Source of the DNA: Candidatus Latescibacterota bacterium
GTDB lineage: Bacteria; Krumholzibacteriota; Krumholzibacteriia; WVZY01; JAKEHA01
NCBI GenBank assembly: GCA_963707635.1
Contig: OY970173.1
Span: forward strand, 2,880,001 to 2,944,000
Length of the DNA stretch: 64,000 nucleotides
Reading direction: 5' to 3'
In this document: piece after piece, positions 23,886 through 34,300 of the stretch
Position numbering within the stretch: the stretch's first letter is position 1
Layout: every line of letters begins with the position of its first letter
Program-made: the position numbers and the translations under genes
The notes under the pieces: model-generated
Seen by the model: only the letters and a program-made list of their open reading frames with translations
Database searches by the model: none
Told to the model about the DNA's origin: nothing

Positions 23886-23914
23886 ACGATACGTCACGAC
23901 GCCGGATGCGTCAA
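23886..23914 (-). promoter_or_regulatory. Putative leaderless-type sigma70 promoter for aceE
   Basis: TTGACG-17-TATCGT-6 nt-ATG; the -35 lies inside an 11-bp direct repeat (GCGTCAATCCG at 23908 and 23926). Confidence 0.5.
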
Positions 23915-23928
23915 TCCGCGCACGCGCG

Positions 23929-24714
23929 TCAATCCGTCCAGTATTTCTCCAGGTGCAGGTTGCCGGCGCGCCGGGGCGTATGCTTGCGAAACCCCCGCGC
24001 CGCCAGCGCCACCTCCAACTCCTCGATCATCATCGGGTTGCCACACAGATAGACATGGCAGGTCTCGGGAGCGAGCGGGGCGCGCACCAGCGACAGGTAG
24101 CGGCCGGGCTCGAGCGCGTCGCCCACGCGGCCGCGCATTCCTCGCCAGCCGGAGTCGGGCGGCTCTCGTGTCGTCATCGGGAGATAGAGGAAATCGGGGT
24201 CACGCTGCGCCCGCGCTTCGAGCTCCTCCCGATATCCGAAGTCGGCGGCGTAACGCACCCCGTTGATCACCACGGCGCGCCGCCACGGCGGGTCGTCGCC
24301 GTGGGTTCGCAGCATGGAAGCGCAGGGTGCGATCCCGGTGCCGGTGGAGACCAGCACGAGATCCGCGCCGCGCGGGAAACCGTCGAGGGTGAAACCTCCG
24401 CTCGCCCGGGGCGAGAGCCACACGCGGTCACCCGCGCGTCGTTCGAACAGCCACGCCGTGAACTCACCGTCGTCCACACGCACGACGAACAACTCCACGT
24501 CCCGCCGCTGGTGTGCGGACGATCCGATCGAGTACGAGCGCTTGACCAGTTCACGCCGGCCGCCGGCTTGCGCAATCTGGCCTACGGATACGAACTGGCC
24601 GGGCTTGAAAACCGGAAACTCGCCGCTGTCGAGCGCTACCCACAGCCACATGAGTCCGTCGTGCACGTCCCGGCGGCGAACGATGGTGGCGTTGTACGCG
24701 AGTGGATATCGCAT
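23929..24714 (-). CDS. fpr: Ferredoxin/flavodoxin-NADP+ reductase
   Basis: FKPGQF, RSYSIGS, STGTGIAP, YLCGNPMMI, C-terminal EKYW. Confidence 0.9.
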   Translation of the reverse strand: MRYPLAYNATIVRRRDVHDGLMWLWVALDSGEFPVFKPGQFVSVGQIAQAGGRRELVKRSYSIGSSAHQRRDVELFVVRVDDGEFTAWLFERRAGDRVWLSPRASGGFTLDGFPRGADLVLVSTGTGIAPCASMLRTHGDDPPWRRAVVINGVRYAADFGYREELEARAQRDPDFLYLPMTTREPPDSGWRGMRGRVGDALEPGRYLSLVRAPLAPETCHVYLCGNPMMIEELEVALAARGFRKHTPRRAGNLHLEKYWTD

Positions 24715-24784
24715 GGCGGGCTCTTGCAATCGACGCTACCACAGGCGGCGCTTTTCCGGCCACCCACGCGCTCGGAGAACGGCC

Positions 24785-24812
24785 TTGACTTTGACTCCGC
24801 GACGACTACACT
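24785..24812 (+). promoter_or_regulatory. Putative sigma70 promoter
   Basis: TTGACT-16-TACACT upstream of the OMP gene. Confidence 0.4.
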
Positions 24813-24942
24813 AGGGCGATAATTTTTGCCGGCGCCCCTCGGACCCGCCGGCGGGCGGTGCCGCCGGGAGGAATCGCGCCGCCGACTCCGACTCTTCATC
24901 ACGCAGACACGTCGAAAGTTTGCCTTTTTTGGGAGCGAACGA

Positions 24943-25659
24943 ATGAAGCGCACCTATGCGTTCTGGGCGGCCGTGTCCCTGTGTCTGGTCGCATCGGCGG
25001 CCCCCGCGCTGGCGCAGGAACAGCCCCCAACCTCGAGCCCGACCCAGCCCCCGGTTTCGGCGGCAGAAGACACGCTCAAGACCACCGGCGAGGAGAAGCC
25101 GGCTGCGGCTCCGGCAGTGGCGCCGCCCGACACCATCACCACGGGGGCGCGCTCGCGACGCGCCAGCAAGGCGCAACGCACGATCCATCCCATCTTTTCC
25201 CTCGGCATCGGCTCCGCGGTCAACTACCAGCCCGATTCCTTCGCCGAAAACTACGATCCATCGTTCGGCATTCTCTTGAGCGGCGGCGCGCGTCGCGGAC
25301 CCTTCATCCTGGCCGCGTCGTTCGACTACAACTTCTTCTTCGCCAGCGGCACGACCCCCAACGATCTCAACGTGCTGATGGTGTTCGCCGATTTCAAGTT
25401 CTCTCCCCTGTCCGGCGCGGCGCAGCCGTACCTGCTGGTCTGCGGCGGATTGTATCGCACGTGGATCGTCGACGAGGATTACACCGAGATGGTGATGGGG
25501 TCCGGCGGTGGCGCGGGCGTCGAGATGAAGATCGGCGAGACCCGGCGGTTGTTTCTCGAAGGCCGCTACATCCAGGGGCAGACTCGCGAACGCACCGAGG
25601 ACGCGGCGAACACCGAGGTCATCCCCTTCCGCTTCGGTATGACCTGGGAAATACAGTAG
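24943..25659 (+). CDS. Small outer-membrane beta-barrel protein
   Basis: Signal peptide (ALA|Q), Pro/Thr linker, amphipathic strands (PYLLVCGGL, GGGAGVEM, LFLEGRY, FRFGMTW). Confidence 0.75.
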   Translation: MKRTYAFWAAVSLCLVASAAPALAQEQPPTSSPTQPPVSAAEDTLKTTGEEKPAAAPAVAPPDTITTGARSRRASKAQRTIHPIFSLGIGSAVNYQPDSFAENYDPSFGILLSGGARRGPFILAASFDYNFFFASGTTPNDLNVLMVFADFKFSPLSGAAQPYLLVCGGLYRTWIVDEDYTEMVMGSGGGAGVEMKIGETRRLFLEGRYIQGQTRERTEDAANTEVIPFRFGMTWEIQ

Positions 25660-25694
25660 TCCGCGACACGCCGCGGTGACCGCGGCTGACGGAC

Positions 25695-27296
25695 CTACTT
25701 CATTCCCGCCGCGCGCACTTCCGCCGGCACCGCCTGCGCAAACTGCTCGAAGTTCTTCTCGAACAACGCGACTAGCTCGCGCGCCTTCCGTTCGTACGCA
25801 GTCTTGTCGGTCCAGGTGTTGCGCGGGTTGAGGATCTCGGCCGGCACTGCCGGGCACTCGGTTGGAATGTCGAGGCCGAAGATCGGGTCTTTCGCGTACT
25901 TCACGTGGTCGAGCCTCCCCTCCAGCGCGGCGTGCACCATGGCGCGCGAGTACGCGATCTTGATGCGCGCGCCCACGCCGAAGCCGCCGCCGCTCCACCC
26001 CGTGTTGACCAGCCAGCACTTCGCATTGTGCTGGCGCATCTTCTTCGCGAGCAAGTCGGAGTAGACCGTAGGCGGCAGCGCCAGAAACGGCGCGCCGAAG
26101 CAGGTGGAAAACGTCGCCTGCGGCTCCTTGCCCATGCCGCGCTCCGTGCCCGCCACCTTCGCCGTGTACCCCGAGAGGAAATGGTAGCTCGCCTGCTCGG
26201 GGGTGAGCCGGGCGATGGGCGGCATCACGCCGAACGCGTCGCACGTCAACATCACGATGTTCCGCGGATGGTCGCCCGTACCCGCCAGCTTGGCGTTGGG
26301 AATCTGGGTAATCGGGTAGGACGCGCGCGTGTTCTCGGTGAGGCCGGCGTCGTTCAGGTCGATCTCGCGCGTGGTGTCGTCGACCACCACGTTTTCGAGC
26401 ACGGTGCCAAAGCGCCGGGTGGTGGCGTAGATCTCGGGCTCGGCTTCCGCGGATAGTCGGATGACTTTCGCGTAGCACCCGCCTTCGAAGTTGAAAATGC
26501 CGTGGTCGGTCCACCCATGCTCGTCGTCGCCGATCAAGCGGCGCTTCGGGTCCGCCGACAGCGTGGTCTTCCCGGTCCCCGAAAGGCCGAAGAACACGGC
26601 CGTGTCGCCGTTCGAGCCCTCGTTCGCGCTGCAGTGCATGGACAGCACGCCGCGCAGCGGCAGGAGATAGTTCATCACCGTGAAGATCGACTTCTTGATC
26701 TCACCCGCGTAGCAGGTGCCGCCGATCAGGATGATGCCGCGGCCGAAGTGGGCGAGTATGAACGCCTCGCTGCGCGTGCCGTCGATGGCGGGGTCGGCCT
26801 GGAACCCGGGCGCGCTGATGATGGTGAAGCTCGGCGTGTGGTTTCTGCGCTCGTCGGGGTCGGTGACGGGGATGAACATGTTGCGCGCGAACAGCGAGTG
26901 CCACGCGAACTGGGTGATGACGCGAACCGGAAGCCGCTGGTCCTGGTCGGCGCCGACCCAGCAATCCTGCACGTACACCATGCCGTCCTGGAGGTAGGCC
27001 TGCACGCGGTGGAGCAGGCGGTCGAACTTCTCCTCGCTGATCGGACGGTTGACCTTGCCCCACCAGATATTGCCTTTGCTGGAGACCTCTTCGACGACGA
27101 ACTTGTCCTCGGGACTGCGGCCGGTGTACTTGCCGGTCTCCGCGCACATGGGCCCGTGCGCGGCGATCAGCCCCTCGCCGTTCATGACGAATTCTTCGTA
27201 GAGGGTCGCAGGGGTGGGATTCCACACCACTCCGCCGAGGTTGGTGAGCCCGACCGCGTCGAGACCAACCTTCGGGGCAAACTCACTGTTCGACAC
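25695..27296 (-). CDS. pckA: Phosphoenolpyruvate carboxykinase (ATP)
   Basis: TGRSPEDKF, YAGEIKK, MHCSAN, GLSGTGKTT, IGDDEHGW, NFEGGCYAK; GTG start with GGAGG. Confidence 0.97.
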   Translation of the reverse strand: MSNSEFAPKVGLDAVGLTNLGGVVWNPTPATLYEEFVMNGEGLIAAHGPMCAETGKYTGRSPEDKFVVEEVSSKGNIWWGKVNRPISEEKFDRLLHRVQAYLQDGMVYVQDCWVGADQDQRLPVRVITQFAWHSLFARNMFIPVTDPDERRNHTPSFTIISAPGFQADPAIDGTRSEAFILAHFGRGIILIGGTCYAGEIKKSIFTVMNYLLPLRGVLSMHCSANEGSNGDTAVFFGLSGTGKTTLSADPKRRLIGDDEHGWTDHGIFNFEGGCYAKVIRLSAEAEPEIYATTRRFGTVLENVVVDDTTREIDLNDAGLTENTRASYPITQIPNAKLAGTGDHPRNIVMLTCDAFGVMPPIARLTPEQASYHFLSGYTAKVAGTERGMGKEPQATFSTCFGAPFLALPPTVYSDLLAKKMRQHNAKCWLVNTGWSGGGFGVGARIKIAYSRAMVHAALEGRLDHVKYAKDPIFGLDIPTECPAVPAEILNPRNTWTDKTAYERKARELVALFEKNFEQFAQAVPAEVRAAGMK

Positions 27297-27425
27297 GTAG
27301 ACCTCCGCAGAAACGAACGCTCGGCCAGCGCCGCGGTCTGGCCGAGCCAATCGGTGTTGAGGGAATGCGGAAATGGAGTTTAGCGAATCCGGTCGCGGCG
27401 CACCAGAGGGTTTTTCGCCGGTGCG

Positions 27426-30400
27426 CTAGCGCACGCGGACGCGATACGTTACGACGCCCGCCTGTCCCGGCGCGAGATAGAATGTCGCGTTGCGGGAAAG
27501 CACCACGCGCAGTGTGCGGTCGGCGCTGGTGTACTGGCACTCGTCCGCGTCCGACGGGTCGAAGGTGAACCACACCGGCGTCCCCGACGGCGGCTGCCAC
27601 TCCACGTCGAAGCCCGCGCCGAACGCGTTCGGCTCGACATCCACCCACGACGAGACCGGATCCACCAGCATCACATTGGCGAGACTGTCGGCGCCCGCGT
27701 TGAAGAGACGGACCGAATACGTGATCACGTCGCCCGGGCGGGCGTCGGTTCGATCGAGCGATTTCTGGACGGAAAGCTGTCCCGATCCCGCCGGCGCGAC
27801 CACGATGGCGTCGGCCGCGTTTGCGGTCAGCGTGATGGACGTCCCCGTTACCGTCTGCGTCGCGAGAATCGACACGGCGATCGTCGACCCCGGTGTCGCG
27901 CCGATCGGAACGAACACGCGCAGCAGCACGGTGAGGACACCGCCGCCCGGACCATCCGGGTCGAGGTCCCCGTCGGCCGCGACCAGCGGCCGGTCGGGGC
28001 CGTCGAGCAGGCCGTTTCCATTCGCGTCGAAATACCACGCCGTGGCCACGGCGGAGTCGGCGGTGGCGGTGAGGTCGACGTGACCGGCGGTACGGGCCTG
28101 GACACGGTGCCCGAAGTCGACGAACGCGCCCGGCGTCCCCGGTGACACCCCGCCCGCCGACAGGGTGAGAATGCCGATGTCGCCGAAGTCCGCGACGACG
28201 GAATCACCCGCGGCCACGACGCCGGTGTGAACCGTGTCCGGCGTGAGCGACACGAAGCCGATCGGGTTCTGCTCGATCACCACCAGGCTATCCGCCGGCA
28301 CCGCCAGCGCGTAGCTGCCGTCCCCGAGCGTGGTCGCGGAGAGACCGCTGCGCGCCTCGGTGACGAGCACGCCCCCCAACCCGATATCGCCGGCGCCGAA
28401 CACGCCGTCGTGATTGCGATCGTCGAACACCGTGCCGCGAACCAGCGCGCGGGTCTCGGTGACGAGGGCCACGCTCTCCGCCAGATTCGGCGGGAGACTC
28501 GACCACGCATTGATCAGCGTCGTGTGCGCCCCGTTGGCCGTGACCGGGACGCTGACCGCCACCGTGTAACGCTTGAGCTGCCCCGGGTTGAGAATCCGGG
28601 ACCAGAACGGAGCCGCGTGCACGACGAGAGAATCCTGAACCGTCACGCTGCCCGCCGGCCAGCCGCTGGGCACCGTCCACTGGACCCGGAAGGAATCCGG
28701 GAACGAGCCCGCGTTGCGCAGGTCGAGCTGCGAGACGTACGCGCTGCCCGGCGCCGCGCCACGCGTGGACGTGCCCCCCTGCCCGGAGCCGAGCAGTCCG
28801 AACACACCGGTGCCGTTGCCGTCGATGGCGAAGTCGGGGCGCGGGGGGCCAACGATGGCAACCCGCGCCGCGATACTCTCACGACTCGTCGGGTGGTTCT
28901 GCGACGTAATGTCGAGAATGTACTGGTAGGTGGCCGTCGCGGCCCCGGCCGGGACGGTCACGGTGAACGTGTACAGCCGCGAACCACCCGCGGGGACCAC
29001 CCCGGTGATAAACGGTGACGGCAACCCCGCGAGTCGAGCAGTCCAGGCGGAGATCGTGTTCCATTGCACGCGGTAGGTGTCCCCGCTCGGTCCCTGGTTC
29101 TGGAGCTCGACGGTGAAGTTCAACGTTCTGGGCGCAGGCGTGGTCTGCAGCGAACTCCCCCCCGCGCCGCTGCCGAGCGCGCCGAACACACCGTTGCCCT
29201 GGCCGTCGATCACCGCGTCGACGATGGCGGGCGGAATCACCACCACGCGGCCCGTGACACTGTCCATGAGGAACGGCTTGGTGGTCTTGCGTCCGTCCGC
29301 GATCACGTCGAACGTGCCGCCGGTCGAGCCGGGCGGGACGATGATGCGCAACGGATACGTCCCCGCCACGATGTTGGTGAGCGGCGCGACGCTCCCGTTG
29401 AAGGTCACGTTCCACCCGGGCGGAGTACTCCACGACACGTCGAAGCCGTTCACCCCCGACACATTTTGAACCTGCACCTGGAACACGACCGTGTCCCCGG
29501 GTGAGACGGTTTGGGTCGAGGTTCCGCCCAGCCCGGTGCCGACCGGTCCGTAGACGTCGGCCCCCTGCCCGTCGACGAGCATGTCGATTTCGCTGGGCGT
29601 CGCCACGCTCACGGTCGCGGAGACGCTTTCGGTGACGACCGCAGCCACCCGTGAGGCGGCGTTTAGCACCGAGAGGTACGTGCCGTACGCGGCTCCCGCG
29701 GGGATGTTGATGCGCAGCGTGTAGAACGCCTGGGCGTTGGGCGCGATGGTGGGCGTCACGGTCGGGAAGTTGCGCGCCACACCGCCGATGATGATCGCCG
29801 CCGTCCAGCCCGCGCCCGGCGCCGTCCACGACAGCGTAAAGGAGTCGGGCAATGCGCTCTCGTTCTGCACCGTGATCGGAAAGAGCACCTGCGCGCCGCG
29901 CTCGCCGGCGTTCGAGCTGCCGCCGCCTTTGCCCGTGCCGGTGGCGCCGTACACGTTGTCGCCGCTGGTCGCGATGATCATGTCCACGCGCGGCGCCAGC
30001 AGGCGCAGGATGGCGTGGACCGAGTCGCGCTTGTTGGCGTCGGCGCTCGAGGTGGCGCTGAGATTGACGTCGTAGTCGCCGCCTGGGTTGGGGGAAGCGA
30101 CCTGCATCCGCAGCGTGAGGAGCGCGGTCCCTCCGGCCGGGATGCTCGCGGTGGTAAACGGACCGGAATACGTGGTCGCGTTGTAGATCACCGAAGTGAC
30201 GAGACCCGCCTCGCTCGTGAACGCGATGGCGTAGGTGCTCGCCGCGTTGCCGGTGTTGTGCAGCTCGAGCGCGAAGTTGGCCGGCGTGCCCCAGGTCGAC
30301 GTCTTGAGCCCGAAGCCGCCGGCGCCGTTGTCTCCGATCACGCCCACGCCGTTGCCGTCGATGACGAGGTCGGCGCCGTGGGTGGCCGCCGTAATCAGCG

Positions 30401-31385
30401 CGCGCAGACGCGCGCTGTCGACGCGGCTGGCCTGGGTGGTGCTTTGCGCGTTTACGATCGCATCGTAGGTTCCGGCGCCGGCGGCCGCCGACGCGCGCAG
30501 CCGCACGCGGTACGTCGCCACGGCGCCGGGGGCGAGCGCCGGCATGACGTACGGAAACGCCTGCGTGGTCGCGCCGATTTCGAGCCACGCCGTCCACCCC
30601 GCCGGGAGCGTCGACGTGAGCCGGTAGGTGTCGGCGACGGTGCCCTCGTTCTCCACCCGCAGATCGTAGGACAGCGTGTCGCCGGCGAACGCGCTGTGCG
30701 ACGACACGCCGCCGTTTCCGCTCCCGAGCGCGCCGAACACGTCGTCGCCGTTGCCGTCCACCGCGAGGTCGGCCCACATCCGGTACACGAGCGACACGTC
30801 GTCGACGTAGGTCCACGTCTCGTAGAGGTTGTCGTAGAGGTTCGCCTGTTCGAAATAGAGGCGCACGGTCTGCCCGGCGAACGCGATCACGTCGTGCGAC
30901 ACCGGCAGCACGTTGTCGTCGCTCAACCATCCACTGTCCTTGTAGATGTCGTTCCACTCGCTGAACGCGTAGAGGAGCACGCGGCGCAGCAGCGTGTTGC
31001 CGGTGGATCGGATGTCCGCGTAGAAGGGGTCGTAGTAGTCGCTGTCGTAGCCCTGCATGCGGATCTTGAAATTGAGCGTCGCGCGCGAGACGCCGGCTGG
31101 AATCGAGACGGTCTGGTACATGTACGCGTGGGTGTTGGTCACCTGCGCCGTGTACTTGAAGCCGAGCAGCGCCGAATAGTTGCCCGCGTAGGGCAGGTCG
31201 AGTTTGACGGCATGATCGGCGTAGGTGGCGTTGTTCGTGGTGCCGCGGAATGCCCCGTGGACCCACGCCGTGCCGAACGAACCGGTCTCGAACCCGCCGT
31301 CGACCACCAGTTCGCCGGCGACGGAGGCACGCGCGGCCAGAACGGCCAGCGATGCGGCGAAAATCACGAACGCGAATCGTCTCAT
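27426..31385 (-). CDS. Secreted multi-Ig adhesin-like protein: N-terminal putative carbohydrate-binding domain, six Gly-rich Ig-like repeats, SdrD-B-like domain, C-terminal truncated DUF11 (putative tip subunit)
   Basis: Signal peptide MRRFAFVIFAA; LVVDGGFETG; GTVFDDRNHDG; LSVQKSLDRTDARPGDVITYSV...YRVRVR*; start overlaps upstream stop (TGATG). Confidence 0.8.
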   Translation of the reverse strand: MRRFAFVIFAASLAVLAARASVAGELVVDGGFETGSFGTAWVHGAFRGTTNNATYADHAVKLDLPYAGNYSALLGFKYTAQVTNTHAYMYQTVSIPAGVSRATLNFKIRMQGYDSDYYDPFYADIRSTGNTLLRRVLLYAFSEWNDIYKDSGWLSDDNVLPVSHDVIAFAGQTVRLYFEQANLYDNLYETWTYVDDVSLVYRMWADLAVDGNGDDVFGALGSGNGGVSSHSAFAGDTLSYDLRVENEGTVADTYRLTSTLPAGWTAWLEIGATTQAFPYVMPALAPGAVATYRVRLRASAAAGAGTYDAIVNAQSTTQASRVDSARLRALITAATHGADLVIDGNGVGVIGDNGAGGFGLKTSTWGTPANFALELHNTGNAASTYAIAFTSEAGLVTSVIYNATTYSGPFTTASIPAGGTALLTLRMQVASPNPGGDYDVNLSATSSADANKRDSVHAILRLLAPRVDMIIATSGDNVYGATGTGKGGGSSNAGERGAQVLFPITVQNESALPDSFTLSWTAPGAGWTAAIIIGGVARNFPTVTPTIAPNAQAFYTLRINIPAGAAYGTYLSVLNAASRVAAVVTESVSATVSVATPSEIDMLVDGQGADVYGPVGTGLGGTSTQTVSPGDTVVFQVQVQNVSGVNGFDVSWSTPPGWNVTFNGSVAPLTNIVAGTYPLRIIVPPGSTGGTFDVIADGRKTTKPFLMDSVTGRVVVIPPAIVDAVIDGQGNGVFGALGSGAGGSSLQTTPAPRTLNFTVELQNQGPSGDTYRVQWNTISAWTARLAGLPSPFITGVVPAGGSRLYTFTVTVPAGAATATYQYILDITSQNHPTSRESIAARVAIVGPPRPDFAIDGNGTGVFGLLGSGQGGTSTRGAAPGSAYVSQLDLRNAGSFPDSFRVQWTVPSGWPAGSVTVQDSLVVHAAPFWSRILNPGQLKRYTVAVSVPVTANGAHTTLINAWSSLPPNLAESVALVTETRALVRGTVFDDRNHDGVFGAGDIGLGGVLVTEARSGLSATTLGDGSYALAVPADSLVVIEQNPIGFVSLTPDTVHTGVVAAGDSVVADFGDIGILTLSAGGVSPGTPGAFVDFGHRVQARTAGHVDLTATADSAVATAWYFDANGNGLLDGPDRPLVAADGDLDPDGPGGGVLTVLLRVFVPIGATPGSTIAVSILATQTVTGTSITLTANAADAIVVAPAGSGQLSVQKSLDRTDARPGDVITYSVRLFNAGADSLANVMLVDPVSSWVDVEPNAFGAGFDVEWQPPSGTPVWFTFDPSDADECQYTSADRTLRVVLSRNATFYLAPGQAGVVTYRVRVR

Positions 31386-34300
31386 CACTTCAACCTCTCG
31401 AAATCGGCCAGCAGCCAGTCGGATAGCAGCATCTGAATACGAATGCCGAAACCCGCGCTCCACGCGTCGGTCGCGGTCACGTCGGGGTCGTCGAATCCAT
31501 TGACGCTGTACCCCACCCCGATGCGCACCGAGCGGTAGACCAGGCGCCCGAGCTCGATGCCGGCGCCGGCCTGCGCCGTCCCGCCCCCGCGCGGTACCAC
31601 CGCGCGACCCCACGCGTCGACGTCCCACCCCCGGCCGAAGTGCCAGACATACTGCGCGAGCGCGAGATCCGTGTTGGTGGTCGCGGACACGCCGTAGCTC
31701 CAGTCCTCGACGTGCTTGTACGCATACTTGAAGCGCAGCTCGTGCGCGGGAGTCGGCATCACGTTCACGTCGGTGGTCGCCACCAGCCGCCACCGGATCG
31801 CGTCCGGGTCGATGGGAGCGTAGCGGTCGTAGTAGCTCTTCAGCATCAGCAGCGACTGGACCGGCGCGAACGGGGACCGGTACGCGCCCGCCAGCGTGGC
31901 GTAGAACTGCGTCTCGTCGTTCGCGCCGTCGCGTTCGCCGAGCCCCATGATATTCTTGGCCAGCCACGCAAACCCGCCACCCAGCTGCTGGGCCGCGCTC
32001 ATGCGCACCAGGTGCTTGTCTCCCGGGCGTTCCCACCGGTACTCGTAGCCGCCGTCGACGAAATACGACCCCGGCCGGCGCGCGCCCAGGCCCGCGGACA
32101 GCGATAGGTATTCTTCGTCTTCGCGACCGGAGAGCGAGGTAAACGTCTCGAAGCCGAGAGTCGCGCTAGTCGCCGGTCCCAGCCGGAGCCTCTGCCGAAT
32201 CCCGCTCACCGCACCCATGCGCGCGTCGTCCGCCGCGCGGTCCATCGCGTAGCGCGTGTAGGCCTGGGTGCCGCCGGGCGTGGTTCCTTCGACCCCGGCC
32301 GTAATCTGATTGGTCGAGGGGCGGCCGCCCGCCGTGAGGTACTCGTGTGTCGCGATGGCGCGAACGCGCTTCGCGAGCGGCACTGCCAACACGGTCTTCA
32401 AGCGGTTCGGGTAGTCGTCGACCACCTGGTCGCCCACGTTCTGCTCCCATGTGGTGGAGATCCCGGCGGTGCCGCGATTGCCGACGGTGATGCCGGTGAG
32501 CACCAGGACTCCGTTCGCATCCTGCTGCGGCTCGTCGTGGCGCGCGAAGCGCAGCCCGGCCGACATCTCCAGCAAACGCCGGCGATAGTCGAGCGTGGCC
32601 CGGGCGGTCTCGCGCTTTTCGTCGGTGCGCTGGAGTTCGTGCGTGTAGCCGTCGGCATTGAGCGCGAGCGACGGGGACAGGGCGAGGCGGCCGTCGAAGC
32701 CCGCCTTGAGGCTCGCGAGCTCGCTGTCCGCCCCGCGGAACGACGGATTCACGAAGCCACCGTCGACGCGCCGCAGGTACATGTCGAGCTTGGAGGCCCC
32801 GCGTTGCGCGCCGGCGCCGACCTTGTACGCGTTGCCGTTGCCCGTGAGGTCGTCTTCGCTGTGCGCGAACTCGCCGCTGAATCGAGCGGCGCCCAGACGC
32901 GCGTCCCCGTCCACACCGAAGAGCGAGTAGCCGGGCGTGTCGCCCCCGTTCGCCACTGCGGTCACGCCGGCGCGATATCGGCTCCCCTGCACGACGTCGC
33001 CGCGCATGCCGTACAGGTACGCGCCGCTCACACCGGTCTCGGTCTCGTAGGTCACGGCAACGAAATTCGGGTTGAGCTCGCGGTCGGTCACCGCCACCGG
33101 CTCCATGAAGAGAATCGAGCCGTCGTAGGGGTTGATCGTGTAATCGCGCCGGCGAATCATGACCCGGGCCTCGAGGACTTCTTCCGTCTGGTAGCGATCG
33201 CGCGTCTCGACGATCACGCGCTCCGAGTTCTCGACGATCGGGGCGCTCGACAGGTAGTAGAACCCGCTGGTGCCGTCGGCGGGCATCTCGTCGGTGCGCG
33301 TGACGAAATCGGTTTCGGTCACGAACGCGCGCACGCTGTTCGCCCCGCTGGTGAGCGAAGCCGACAACCCCGTCACCACCTGGTGGTAGGTGAGAAACTC
33401 CCCGCGATCGATCGGGGTGGTGAAGTCGCCGTAGCGCAGGTACGATTGTTCGCGGTCGATCGACACGTAGTTGCCGCCGCGCGCGGGCGCGGCGTAGTGC
33501 ACCGACGACGCGTCGCCGTAGATCGGATACTGCTTCTCCGGATCGGGTTGCTTGAGCAACGGGTCGTCGTAACGCTTCTTGGTGTCGAGCCGGGCGGTGA
33601 CCTGGACCCCGCCCGGCGCGGCCCCCTGGACGAAGAGGCGCGACTCGGCTTCCACGTCGAAGCCATCGTGGTAGTTCGCCACCCCCTGCCCGCTGCCGTC
33701 GCCGCGCGTGTCGTACGCACCCATGGTGACGTCGACGATGCCGTCGGCCAGAAACGGACGCTCGGGGTTGACGAATACGACCTCCGTCTCCGCCCGCATT
33801 CCGTCCATCTCCACCGCCACCCGCCCACCGCCGGTCGCGTGCCGTGGCTTCAGGACCAGATTCACGATTCCCTCGCTGGTGGTCGCCTGCAGCCCGCGCT
33901 CGTCGGGCCGCGCGTCCGCGAGCGCGACCAGGTCCGCGCCCTCCGCGACCGTGACGACGATGCCGTCCATCACCGGCAGCCCGAACCCGTCGCGCACCGC
34001 GAAACGCAACGTGGTCGCGGTGTGGCCGTCCGCCGGAACCAGCGCGCGCGCGTCGAGCGGCACGAGCTCCGCCGGTTTCGACGAAAGCGCGACCCGCACG
34101 CTGTCGGACGCCTCGCCTCCGCGCAGCATGGTGGCGTGCGCGATCAGGTCATTCCAACCCGCGCGCACCCGCACGCCGAACCAGGTCGTGGTCTCTTCCT
34201 GGTGCGCGACGTCCACCGTGTGCTGCCCGACGCGGTCCTCGCCGACCAGTTCGTCGTTGACGCGCAACTCCACGCGGCTCCCGAGCGGATGGCGGACACG

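Noticed and set aside
31386..32036. N-terminal extensions in the ORF track (also 14771-14965, 41756-41950, 43300-43503, 61012-61728)
   Set aside because: They overlap neighbouring genes; downstream starts give proper signal peptides, RBS or stop-start coupling
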